Positions 34,525-42,597 of a stretch of DNA of 64,000 bases are shown piece after piece. Positions within the stretch are counted from its first letter, which is position 1, and every line of letters begins with the position of its first letter. Location of the stretch: sequence record OP729297.1. One strand, written 5' to 3'. A model generated the notes under the pieces. It saw only the letters and a list, made by a program, of their open reading frames with translations, did not search any database and was not told the DNA's origin. Made by a program: the position numbers and the translations under genes.

Positions 34525-35238
34525 ATGCCTGTAATTGCGGTAACACGCCAGAGCCCAGAGCAAGTGCTGGGCTGGCTGCGAAAGAAAGGTCAGGCAGAAC
34601 GTGTGACCTTTGTTCCACTTGGTGGCGTCTTAGACCCTGCCAAGAAATATCGTAAGTACCTGTTCGTTATCGGCGAGAAAGAGTATAGCCGTAACGCGGT
34701 TGCTATTCGTGATATGCCTGACCACATTGTGTTTGTGTTCGGTCATCCAGAAACGTTACGTCGATACGGCCTTGACGTCGATCTCAAACTCGACGAGATG
34801 CAGCCGCAGAAAGGCAAACTCAGTCCTGTCGGTAAGTACCTTGACGATTTGAAGAAACGCGCAATCGACGGCAGCCTGTTCTATCGACTGATGACCTACA
34901 TCTATACGTTGCCTTCGAAGACTCACCAGAAGCCTTTGACTGCAACCATCTGTCGTTGGATTTATCACGGTGGTCGTAAGAACATCGAGCGTGAGATCGA
35001 CGCGCTGCCAATCAAACTGACTGCTATGCAGAAACACACGCTGATGAAGATTCTGGCTAAGCCTGTTGCTGAACGTCTGTGTCAGGCTTTCCTCGATCTG
35101 AATAGCGGTGCATGTGAGACAGTTGGTGAAGCAGTTGTCAAACATAACGTGCAGGTGTTTGAGATTGGTTACATTCGCGGTAACGTGGAGAAGACCTCAA
35201 ACATCACCGATACCTACCTCGCTAATCAGGGTGTGTGA
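34525..35238 (+). CDS. hypothetical protein (237 aa)
   Basis: GGAG RBS, operonic. Confidence 0.75.
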   Translation: MPVIAVTRQSPEQVLGWLRKKGQAERVTFVPLGGVLDPAKKYRKYLFVIGEKEYSRNAVAIRDMPDHIVFVFGHPETLRRYGLDVDLKLDEMQPQKGKLSPVGKYLDDLKKRAIDGSLFYRLMTYIYTLPSKTHQKPLTATICRWIYHGGRKNIEREIDALPIKLTAMQKHTLMKILAKPVAERLCQAFLDLNSGACETVGEAVVKHNVQVFEIGYIRGNVEKTSNITDTYLANQGV

Positions 35239-35239
35239 T

Positions 35240-35557
35240 ATGGCAATCCCTCATGATGTAAGTAAAAGCGGTACGCTGTTGGTGCAAGTTCGAGATGACG
35301 TACCCAGCATCGCTAACGTAAATATCCCAGGCCTGTCTGCTGCGGTGTTTGGCTCTGCTGGTGATTATGAACTAACACCAAGCCACATCCGAGAACTCTC
35401 AGTTGTTAAAGACAGCATGAGTGCTTACTCGGATGAAGATCTGGAGTCTATGGCTCGCATAGGGCGCAAGGCACAACTCGCACTTGATATGCGTCGCAAG
35501 AAACCAATAAGCACGGAAGAGGTGGAAGAAGCATGTCAGCCGACTATCAGGCGTTAA
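35240..35557 (+). CDS. hypothetical protein (105 aa)
   Basis: Start moved to ATG 35240, 1 nt after the previous stop. Confidence 0.7.
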   Translation: MAIPHDVSKSGTLLVQVRDDVPSIANVNIPGLSAAVFGSAGDYELTPSHIRELSVVKDSMSAYSDEDLESMARIGRKAQLALDMRRKKPISTEEVEEACQPTIRR

Positions 35558-35874
35558 TGTTGGTGTCAATACTCGCGGCGTTCGTTATGCGTCCTGTTGT
35601 GTTAGGCATTAACATGGCTGAGATGAAACGCACTGTGTACATCATGGCCGTTGCACTATTCCTGATAGTGTTCTGCAACGAAGCTATGGAGATGACTAAG
35701 TGGCATGTGTTCACCTACGTCATGTCCTTCATGATAATCGCGGCCATGTATGATGGTGCGTATGCTGGTGGCCTGAAACACTATGTCAAAGGTTATGTAT
35801 TGCAGTTCGGTTATCTGGCACACATCGGCATTATCTCAGGCTTAATCGCTTGGGCAACACGTTGGACATTCTAA
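35533..35874 (+). CDS. small integral membrane protein (3-4 predicted TM segments)
   Basis: Hydrophobic stretches LMLVSILAAFV, YIMAVALFLIVF, VFTYVMSFMIIAAM, LAHIGIISGLIAW; start 35533 or 35557. Confidence 0.7.
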   Translation: MSADYQALMLVSILAAFVMRPVVLGINMAEMKRTVYIMAVALFLIVFCNEAMEMTKWHVFTYVMSFMIIAAMYDGAYAGGLKHYVKGYVLQFGYLAHIGIISGLIAWATRWTF

Positions 35875-35892
35875 GGGGCTTCGGCCCCTTTT
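35873..35892 (+). terminator. intrinsic terminator (UUCG loop)
   Basis: AAGGGGC-TTCG-GCCCCTT-TT. Confidence 0.8.
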
Positions 35893-35905
35893 GTCATTTC
35901 CGCAG

Positions 35906-35912
35906 CTAATTT
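35906..35912 (+). promoter_or_regulatory. class B promoter motif CTAATTT
   Basis: Upstream of 35961. Confidence 0.55.
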
Positions 35913-35960
35913 TAGACTAAGGCGTAGCACATTATCCTTAATCTACCTGAGGTGGAAACC

Positions 35961-36806
35961 ATGCAGTACATATCATCTTTTTTCGGGTTGGGTGGTCCAT
36001 CACCCACGAACCCGAACGTATTCCTATACGACAGCCGAGAAGACTCTGACTTCTCCACGCTGACGGATATGACCAAGGCAAACGTCCTTGCTCGAAAAGC
36101 CCGTGCTGTTTTAGGCTTCAATGGATATCTCAATCCAATCAGAGGGCGTAAGTCCAATAAATATCACTTCACCTGCTTGAAGTACCAGCAGCCAAGTTCA
36201 ATCGCGCTTGATAACTCCTACGACATTGTTCAACAGGACCCTTCAAAAGGTCTTAGTGGTAACTGTAGTATTGCGGCCTCGCAGTCCTATTCGTTTCTGA
36301 ACACATCAGGCAACACGACAGTATTTCTGACCACAGGGATGATTGCTGGTCAGCCTATACAGATGCCTCCGATGAATCTGCATGATGGTAACTGTCCGTA
36401 CGGTCAATTTGCCACAGGATTCATTGTCAGTCGATATGTCAGAGACACAGGCGTAACTGCAACTGGTACATGTAGCGCTGGTGGTGCAACGGGTGTTTGT
36501 ACGTATACAACTGTCACGGCGAACGAAACTCCTGCATACGCGTGTACGATGATGGGACTGCCTACATCTTTCTATGCTACTGGTGCTAACGGTACACCAG
36601 GTGTTTCTGCGGGTGCGTCATATACAGGCGTCTTCGCTCAGAATCAGACAGGTGAAGATGAAGCGCCTATCCTGAATAAAGCATTCTTCTATAGCTCTGT
36701 CCTACGTGCATTCTGCAAGCTCGATACGAATGACTTTGATGCTGTCACGTCAGATCCCGGCACTCGTCCTAAGATGCGGTTCAAACAATCGAACTTAGCC
36801 ATCTAA
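35961..36806 (+). CDS. probable virion protein, MQY...PGTRP paralog family member 1 (281 aa)
   Basis: T/G/S-rich; shares RKAR..LG..LNP.RG..KY.FT and a C-terminal PG(T/S)RP with 40030..40890. Confidence 0.75.
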   Translation: MQYISSFFGLGGPSPTNPNVFLYDSREDSDFSTLTDMTKANVLARKARAVLGFNGYLNPIRGRKSNKYHFTCLKYQQPSSIALDNSYDIVQQDPSKGLSGNCSIAASQSYSFLNTSGNTTVFLTTGMIAGQPIQMPPMNLHDGNCPYGQFATGFIVSRYVRDTGVTATGTCSAGGATGVCTYTTVTANETPAYACTMMGLPTSFYATGANGTPGVSAGASYTGVFAQNQTGEDEAPILNKAFFYSSVLRAFCKLDTNDFDAVTSDPGTRPKMRFKQSNLAI

Positions 36807-36842
36807 CGATAATTTTAACCTGTCTAAAAGAGGGCTATATCT

Positions 36843-37415
36843 ATGGACGCTATGACGTTTCGAAAGAAAGCAATCGCGGAAGTTATTGATCGTGAAGGTG
36901 GCGAGAAATACACTAACCGCTCTGCTGACCGTGGCGGTCCTACACGTTGGGGTGTCACGGAAAAGAATGCTCGCGCTTATGGTTACAAAGGCGCTATGCA
37001 AGACCTGCCATATGAGATTGCGTATGCGATCTACAGTGCTAACTTCTGGGACTTCTGCAAATGCGATCAGCTTGCGAAGTACAGTCAGGAACTGGCGCTG
37101 TGGGTATTTGACTACGCAGTTAACTCAGGACCACCAGCCGCAATTGCGGAGTTACAGGACCAGTTGAATATTCTGAACAGCAGAGGCAAGCTCTATCCAG
37201 ACTTTGCACCTGCTGCGAATATTGGTCCTAAGACTATCGCTGCGCTGGACGCGTATTGCAAAGTGCGCGATATCAAAGTATTGGCTTATGCCTACAACGG
37301 CTGCCGTATTGCGAAGTTGAAAAACATCGCTAAGGCAGATGAAACCCAGGAAGATAACATTTATGGTTGGTACCAGCGTGTTATCACAATCACTAAACAA
37401 GTTGGAGTAAACTAA
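36843..37415 (+). CDS. glycoside hydrolase family 108 lysozyme (endolysin) with C-terminal PG-binding domain
   Basis: REGG catalytic motif, DRGGPTRWGVT, FDYAVNSG, IGPKT, GWYQRV. Confidence 0.88.
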   Translation: MDAMTFRKKAIAEVIDREGGEKYTNRSADRGGPTRWGVTEKNARAYGYKGAMQDLPYEIAYAIYSANFWDFCKCDQLAKYSQELALWVFDYAVNSGPPAAIAELQDQLNILNSRGKLYPDFAPAANIGPKTIAALDAYCKVRDIKVLAYAYNGCRIAKLKNIAKADETQEDNIYGWYQRVITITKQVGVN

Positions 37416-37417
37416 CC

Positions 37418-37753
37418 ATGTCCCTGATTAAACTGAATCTGAAAGAAGCTGTTAAGTCCGAATCTGCTGCCGCTGCTCTGTCTGCGTTCTTCAAAGGCCT
37501 GGACAAGAAAGCGCTGTTCGAGATTATCGACGACGGTATGCCGTCTGACCTGTCTGGTCCTAACGATATCCTCGACCTGCGTTTCATCAGCGCTACTGGT
37601 GACACTGCTCGTTTCGGCATCATCACCAAAGACGAAGATGAAGGCTTCAACGTATCTGGTATCGACATTCGCTTCGAAGGCGAGTTCGACGATGAAGGTG
37701 ACATTCAGCCAACTCTGGCCGCTGCTAAAAAGGCGCTGGCCCGCCTGCGTTAA
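37418..37753 (+). CDS. acidic hypothetical protein with MSLIKLNL..SESAA leader (111 aa)
   Basis: Operonic; leader shared with 38368. Confidence 0.75.
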   Translation: MSLIKLNLKEAVKSESAAAALSAFFKGLDKKALFEIIDDGMPSDLSGPNDILDLRFISATGDTARFGIITKDEDEGFNVSGIDIRFEGEFDDEGDIQPTLAAAKKALARLR

Positions 37754-38352
37754 TGGAAATCTACGTCTCCCTGTCACAGGCGACGCAAATCACAGCCCAG
37801 GCACTGCAAAGTGTCGTGGGCTTTCGCGTATTAGATCACAAACTTTTACGCGAAGAAGATGGTTTCGCCTTCTACGCGTTTGTCACTTTCATGCGCGATG
37901 ATTCTGGTGATTATGAACTCAAGATCGCCAAGCTAATTCGCAAAGGCTTGACAACGCATAGCTTCAAGTTGACTAACATCACGACAGTCAGTGAGGGTTA
38001 TCAGACGATCTATGAAGCAGCCAACGCTATGGAGCGTTTGAACAAGAACGGCAAATTCATGTCGCTCTCGTCGCCACCTCCTATTCAGAGCGTTGTGTTC
38101 CAGCTCGCTGACTTCCGCATTCCAATCACGCCAGATCTTCAAATCAAGATCGACGCATGGTGCAATGCGCAGGTTATCTGCCCACTGCGTTACGCTGTAT
38201 TGAATCCAAGAACAGAAGCGATTGAGGTTGCATTCAAAGATGCCTCAGCACACAACTCGGATATCATTCAGCGTATGCTGCGTGACTCTTTGTACCAGGC
38301 GCTGGGTGATTACTCGGCAGGTAAGAACTTCGATGTGCCTGGGCGACCCTAG
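37753..38352 (+). CDS. hypothetical protein with MEIYVSLS leader (199 aa)
   Basis: TAATG coupled start; leader family. Confidence 0.8.
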   Translation: MEIYVSLSQATQITAQALQSVVGFRVLDHKLLREEDGFAFYAFVTFMRDDSGDYELKIAKLIRKGLTTHSFKLTNITTVSEGYQTIYEAANAMERLNKNGKFMSLSSPPPIQSVVFQLADFRIPITPDLQIKIDAWCNAQVICPLRYAVLNPRTEAIEVAFKDASAHNSDIIQRMLRDSLYQALGDYSAGKNFDVPGRP

Positions 38353-38367
38353 GCATAAGGAAACAAA

Positions 38368-39300
38368 ATGGCACTTATCAAAATCAATATTGCGGATTCT
38401 CTGCTGTCTGAGTCGGCAGCTAAGAAGCCAGGCTACAAAATGGCTAAAGTCGGTGGCGCGTCTGCTCTTGTTATTAGCAGCGAACATAAACCTGCTGTAT
38501 CGAAGTGCATCTCCAATGCGCGTAAAGCTCAGAAGCTGGCACTGTCCGCGTTAAAGAACCGTATTGAAGCAAACACTATTGCGGCTGTGCGTGTTCCGCG
38601 TGAAGAAAACCCTGCGCGTAAAGCTAAACTGCGCCAGCGTGTCAAGGCCATGAAAACTAAAGCCTCTGCTGACGTGAAGACAGCCAAACAGCTACTGCGT
38701 GAAGGTACCGCCGCTATGAAAGCTGCTGGCCTGAGTGCATTGTCTTCTCCTCTGAAAGCAAGCGACATTTCATTGACTAGCGAGCCTGGCCGCTCTGCAC
38801 GTACCGTTAAGGCGGCACAAACCGACTCTCTGATAGTCAAAGGGAAGAAGGGCTACAGCAAACCTAAATTCCTGGCGGCCTCGAAGTTTGAAGCTCTCGG
38901 AAGCAAGGCCCCTACGAAAGCTGCGACCAAAGCTCCGATCAAGAAAATGAAAGGCGCTATCACTGGTGCGCATACTCCAGCTAAAGCTCGCGCTGTGAAA
39001 AAGCAACGCGCCGAGGCGCTTACTGGAAAAAAGCCTGAAGGGATTAGTGGTGCGGTGCCCGGAAAGCGTATTGACGACTACACTGATCCCAAAGTGAAAT
39101 CAGCTATCACTCGCTTTGTTAAGAAGGCGGATTCCGACTTATCCCGTCTCACCAACGAAGAACTGAAATTTGCACAAAGTTCTTTACTTAACAAACGTCA
39201 ATCTCGCGCCAATATGGGTCATGGGAAGAAAGCCGGTACGTTATACAACGGTGATACTTACCAGCGCGTGATGGATGAAATAAAGCGTCGTAAAGGCTAA
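38368..39300 (+). CDS. Lys/Ala-rich basic protein with MALIKINI..SESAA leader (310 aa)
   Basis: AAGGA RBS; histone-H1-like composition. Confidence 0.8.
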   Translation: MALIKINIADSLLSESAAKKPGYKMAKVGGASALVISSEHKPAVSKCISNARKAQKLALSALKNRIEANTIAAVRVPREENPARKAKLRQRVKAMKTKASADVKTAKQLLREGTAAMKAAGLSALSSPLKASDISLTSEPGRSARTVKAAQTDSLIVKGKKGYSKPKFLAASKFEALGSKAPTKAATKAPIKKMKGAITGAHTPAKARAVKKQRAEALTGKKPEGISGAVPGKRIDDYTDPKVKSAITRFVKKADSDLSRLTNEELKFAQSSLLNKRQSRANMGHGKKAGTLYNGDTYQRVMDEIKRRKG

Positions 39301-39809
39301 TGCAGATCTTTGTTAGTCTGAGTGCGCCCACCATCTACTATCGCGGTCTTGCAGAAGACTGGTCTGATGATCATGCGAAGAAGCAGCACATGACTTGGGT
39401 AACTCCAGATCGTGCGTATGCTGAATTGTATGCGGAGGGTGGGCGCCTCTACAAATTTCATGCGGACCCTGGTCGCTATGCTACCTTGAAGTTCCGTTCT
39501 CTGTGGACGGAAGTAAAGTTCGCTGAGATTCATAGACGAGTGAAGCAGCTTATCATGGAAGCCTTCCAGTTGCATCTGGTTGGCAAAGATGAAGCGATGA
39601 CTCTCGTTAAAAGGTTAGACGCGCTGAATAACCTCATACCTGCCTCGCAGTACAAGCGAGTCTATATGTGGTGGGACGAGTATACCGAGATCAGCAAGAT
39701 ACTCAAACTAGCTGGGTACGACTCAATCAAAGGCAATGAAGGTGAGCACCATGATGTTCCTACCTTCGGCATCTTTGATCACACGCGTGTCAAAATGATT
39801 AAGGAGTAA
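39300..39809 (+). CDS. ADP-ribosyltransferase-fold (ART-PolyVal-like) protein with MQIFVSLS leader
   Basis: YYRG..., WVTPDRAYAELYA, GRLYKFH, AGYDSIK, GIFDHTRVK follow the order of ART-PolyVal motifs (YHG, F.T.D...A..YA, G.VY, GYDG, VF.P.QIK). Confidence 0.55.
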   Translation: MQIFVSLSAPTIYYRGLAEDWSDDHAKKQHMTWVTPDRAYAELYAEGGRLYKFHADPGRYATLKFRSLWTEVKFAEIHRRVKQLIMEAFQLHLVGKDEAMTLVKRLDALNNLIPASQYKRVYMWWDEYTEISKILKLAGYDSIKGNEGEHHDVPTFGIFDHTRVKMIKE

Positions 39810-39811
39810 TC

Positions 39812-39949
39812 ATGTTCCAGTCAAAACGTCTGCAACTCGTTTCACGACGCACGGTGCAGATGATCAACTTCGGCATGGGCAAGATTATTGAAGAAGTTTG
39901 GTTCGACCCAAAGAAGAACCGTAATGTGATCAAGACAGTTATAGTCTGA
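39812..39949 (+). CDS. small hypothetical protein (45 aa, MFQSKRLQLV...KTVIV), below track cutoff
   Basis: Hand-translated; AAGGAG RBS; followed by a terminator. Confidence 0.6.
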   Translation: MFQSKRLQLVSRRTVQMINFGMGKIIEEVWFDPKKNRNVIKTVIV

Positions 39950-39954
39950 CACCC

Positions 39955-39987
39955 AAAGGGCTTGCATCGAAAGGTGTAGGCCCTTTT
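39955..39987 (+). terminator. intrinsic terminator (GAAA loop)
   Basis: AAAGGGCTTGCATC-GAAA-GGTGTAGGCCCTTTT. Confidence 0.8.
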
Positions 39988-40029
39988 GTGCTATGCCGTG
40001 GTTCCACAATAAAAACCAAGGCTTATACA

Positions 40030-40890
40030 ATGCAATATTTATCCAGTTTCGCTTCAATCACCAATACATCTCAACCAACCACTGTGTTTTTATCTGATGA
40101 TGACAACCTGCCTCAGATCAATGAAGACACAATGGAAGAGATATTCCGTAAAGCACGAACAACACTAGGAGGTGGCTTTCAATTAAATCCAGTTCGTGGT
40201 CAAACCGCCGAGAAGTATTACTTCACTCAGATGCGCAATGCCTACACATCGCGTAGTGCTGTGCCCGCGGCAGACAATACAGTCATTGGTGCTGCGCTTA
40301 GGACAGACGAGAACTATGCCTCTCTCGCTTCTGATGGTCAGTCAACCGAATGGTCTGTGTTTGAGTATGCTGTGTCAGATGCAATCTATGTCTATCCATT
40401 GAAACGAAACTTCGTTATCAACCCAGGCCTAGGACACACGCAAATGATCATGCCCACATTCTCCGTCAATCGAAGTATGTCCTCTCAGTGGGCGGGTTAC
40501 TACCTGGATGCGTACTTGTGTGAGTCTGGTGCTGCACCAACAAAAACAAATGCCTACCTGGATGTTACGTACAGCGGCAACTACAACGTAACTCCGACAT
40601 ATCCTGTGACAGACTCAATATCAATGCTTGACTGCATGTATGGCACTCGATACCAGAGCACTTCATCTGGCACAAGTCTGGGCTGGGGCAATAACCGAGT
40701 CACAGATTCTTTCCACTCTACTGAGACACTGTTTGAGCCTGAGACAGTGAATATTCACTTCGGACTCTTTCCACTTTCCTCTACCTTATTCTGGAAATTT
40801 GAAAGAGACATAGACTTCACGGTAGAAGATAACCTTGTGCCTGGCTCTCGTCCCTTTATTCAATTCACTGTAACCCACACAGAGCTATAA
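40030..40890 (+). CDS. probable virion protein, MQY...PGSRP paralog family member 2 (286 aa)
   Basis: Start moved to ATG 40030 to align with the paralog at 35961. Confidence 0.75.
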   Translation: MQYLSSFASITNTSQPTTVFLSDDDNLPQINEDTMEEIFRKARTTLGGGFQLNPVRGQTAEKYYFTQMRNAYTSRSAVPAADNTVIGAALRTDENYASLASDGQSTEWSVFEYAVSDAIYVYPLKRNFVINPGLGHTQMIMPTFSVNRSMSSQWAGYYLDAYLCESGAAPTKTNAYLDVTYSGNYNVTPTYPVTDSISMLDCMYGTRYQSTSSGTSLGWGNNRVTDSFHSTETLFEPETVNIHFGLFPLSSTLFWKFERDIDFTVEDNLVPGSRPFIQFTVTHTEL

Positions 40891-40899
40891 GGAGCATTT

Positions 40900-41265
40900 A
40901 TGTGGAAATATGAACAGACAACTGGCCGTCTGTATAACGCTGCTGGTAAACTTGTCGCTACTGGCTATGCTGGTAAAGGCGAGCACAAAAACAAACATGA
41001 GTCTCAGAACGTAGTGGGTATGGGTCCTCTGCCTGTTGGTCACTACACGCTGAATGCGCCGCGCACCAGTGCGAAGACAGGACCTTACGCAATGGACCTG
41101 ACTCCTGCAAAAGAGAACGTGATGTTCGGCCGCTCTGCTTTCCAGATGCACGGCGATAGCATCAAAGCACCAGGTACTGCATCCAGTGGTTGTATCATCA
41201 TGCCACGCAACATTCGTGAACTCGTATGGAACTCAGGCGACCACCAGCTTGAAGTAACAGTCTAA
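40900..41265 (+). CDS. Tlde1/DUF2778-family L,D-transpeptidase-fold peptidoglycan enzyme
   Basis: GYAG.G, GPLPVGHY, FQMHGDS..ASSGCII (His...SxGC catalytic motif). Confidence 0.8.
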   Translation: MWKYEQTTGRLYNAAGKLVATGYAGKGEHKNKHESQNVVGMGPLPVGHYTLNAPRTSAKTGPYAMDLTPAKENVMFGRSAFQMHGDSIKAPGTASSGCIIMPRNIRELVWNSGDHQLEVTV

Positions 41266-41289
41266 CTGTTGTGGCACAAGGACGTGCTT

Positions 41290-41298
41290 CTGTAAATA
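41290..41298 (+). promoter_or_regulatory. class A promoter motif CTGTAAATA
   Basis: Only 6 nt before ATG 41305. Confidence 0.55.
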
Positions 41299-41304
41299 TT
41301 TAAC

Positions 41305-41811
41305 ATGGAAAAGATATCCTTTACTGGCCATCGCCCGCAATCGCTGGGTGGATTCAGCCCTAAGGCAAAATACCGCCTGTATAAATTCGCGCACCGTAAA
41401 ATGCTCACAATCGACGATGATGCAATTATCTATGTTGGTTGTGCTCTAGGTTTTGACATGGCCATTGCTACCGCTGCAATCGAGCAGGGCCATAAAGTTG
41501 TCTCCTGTCTGCCTTATCCTGGATTCAATTCACGCTGGCCTGTTAGCAGTGTGTTTGAGCTTGACGGCCTTCTTAATAAAAGTCACGAAGTAAGAATAGT
41601 CACATCAAAAGAAGATTGGCTGCACATGGATGGTCAGGCGGGTTTTGCGTTGAACAAACGCAATCACTACATGGTCGATGAAACTGATCGACTCATATCA
41701 TTATGCTGCGGTGCTCCATCAGGTACGCAGAACTGTATCGACTATGCGCTCAGGCAGAACAAGCCCGTGACATACTGGTGGAAGGACTGGCTGCGATTCA
41801 ATAGGAAGTAG
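41305..41811 (+). CDS. SLOG-superfamily YspA/DUF1273-like protein
   Basis: SFTGHRP, GCALGFD, CLPYPG, RNHYMVD, GTQNCIDYA. Confidence 0.8.
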   Translation: MEKISFTGHRPQSLGGFSPKAKYRLYKFAHRKMLTIDDDAIIYVGCALGFDMAIATAAIEQGHKVVSCLPYPGFNSRWPVSSVFELDGLLNKSHEVRIVTSKEDWLHMDGQAGFALNKRNHYMVDETDRLISLCCGAPSGTQNCIDYALRQNKPVTYWWKDWLRFNRK

Positions 41812-41814
41812 CCT

Positions 41815-42570
41815 ATGCAATACCATGTTTCCAACTACGGTGTATTCAGTCCATTGTGTGCTCAGGTCTACGCATTCGATCAGAGCACATCGTTGCAGAC
41901 GAGCGCCGCAGTAGACGCCGTGTATAAATCTTTGTTCACGCTCGGCCTTGAGGGTCAAGCCAATACAGTCTCTGGTGTGCTATCTGGTAAGCGCTATGCC
42001 TCAAATCTCAAGTGGGCATACAGCGCCGTGCCGACAACTGACGATCAGTTCCACATAGGAACGACCGTGAGCGAAGGCTGCTCTAGAGGAAACTCTAATA
42101 GCGATTTAAACTGGTCGGCTAACAACACTCTATTCATCTGTGATAGTTCTGGCAACAGGGCTTGGTCCTACGGTAGATGCTCGGTGTCTACAGGTTCGCA
42201 GTCTCCTTCTCTGTCTGCAACCATTGTGCTGCGAAATGAAAACAACACAGGGTACAGTCTGACTTATGTGGGTAAGGTCAGCTTTAACACCTACCTAAGT
42301 GTGGCCTCTGCACAATTCAAATATGCGCGTGGTTCTAGCCTGAGTATTAACGCCAGCTCGTACTCGTACACCATAAACAACGGCTCGTCTGACATGCGCA
42401 TGATAGCTGATACGACTGAGGCTGATGGTGTGAGAACGCTGGACAAGTACGAGTGCATACAGAACGGCAAGCTGTTCAGCTTTAAGCCTGAAGAACTGAA
42501 CTTCGGTCAACTTGTCCCAGGCACACGGCCTAAGGTTCAAGCCTTCTTGACCGCCAAGTTTGACCTTTGA
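41815..42570 (+). CDS. probable virion protein, MQY...PGTRP paralog family member 3 (251 aa)
   Basis: MQY start and C-terminal LVPGTRP; S/T/G/N-rich. Confidence 0.7.
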   Translation: MQYHVSNYGVFSPLCAQVYAFDQSTSLQTSAAVDAVYKSLFTLGLEGQANTVSGVLSGKRYASNLKWAYSAVPTTDDQFHIGTTVSEGCSRGNSNSDLNWSANNTLFICDSSGNRAWSYGRCSVSTGSQSPSLSATIVLRNENNTGYSLTYVGKVSFNTYLSVASAQFKYARGSSLSINASSYSYTINNGSSDMRMIADTTEADGVRTLDKYECIQNGKLFSFKPEELNFGQLVPGTRPKVQAFLTAKFDL

Positions 42571-42572
42571 TT

Positions 42573-42581
42573 CTGTAAATA
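42573..42581 (+). promoter_or_regulatory. class A promoter motif CTGTAAATA
   Basis: Upstream of the SbcD-like gene. Confidence 0.6.
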
Positions 42582-42597
42582 GCAGTCAAAGAAACCT

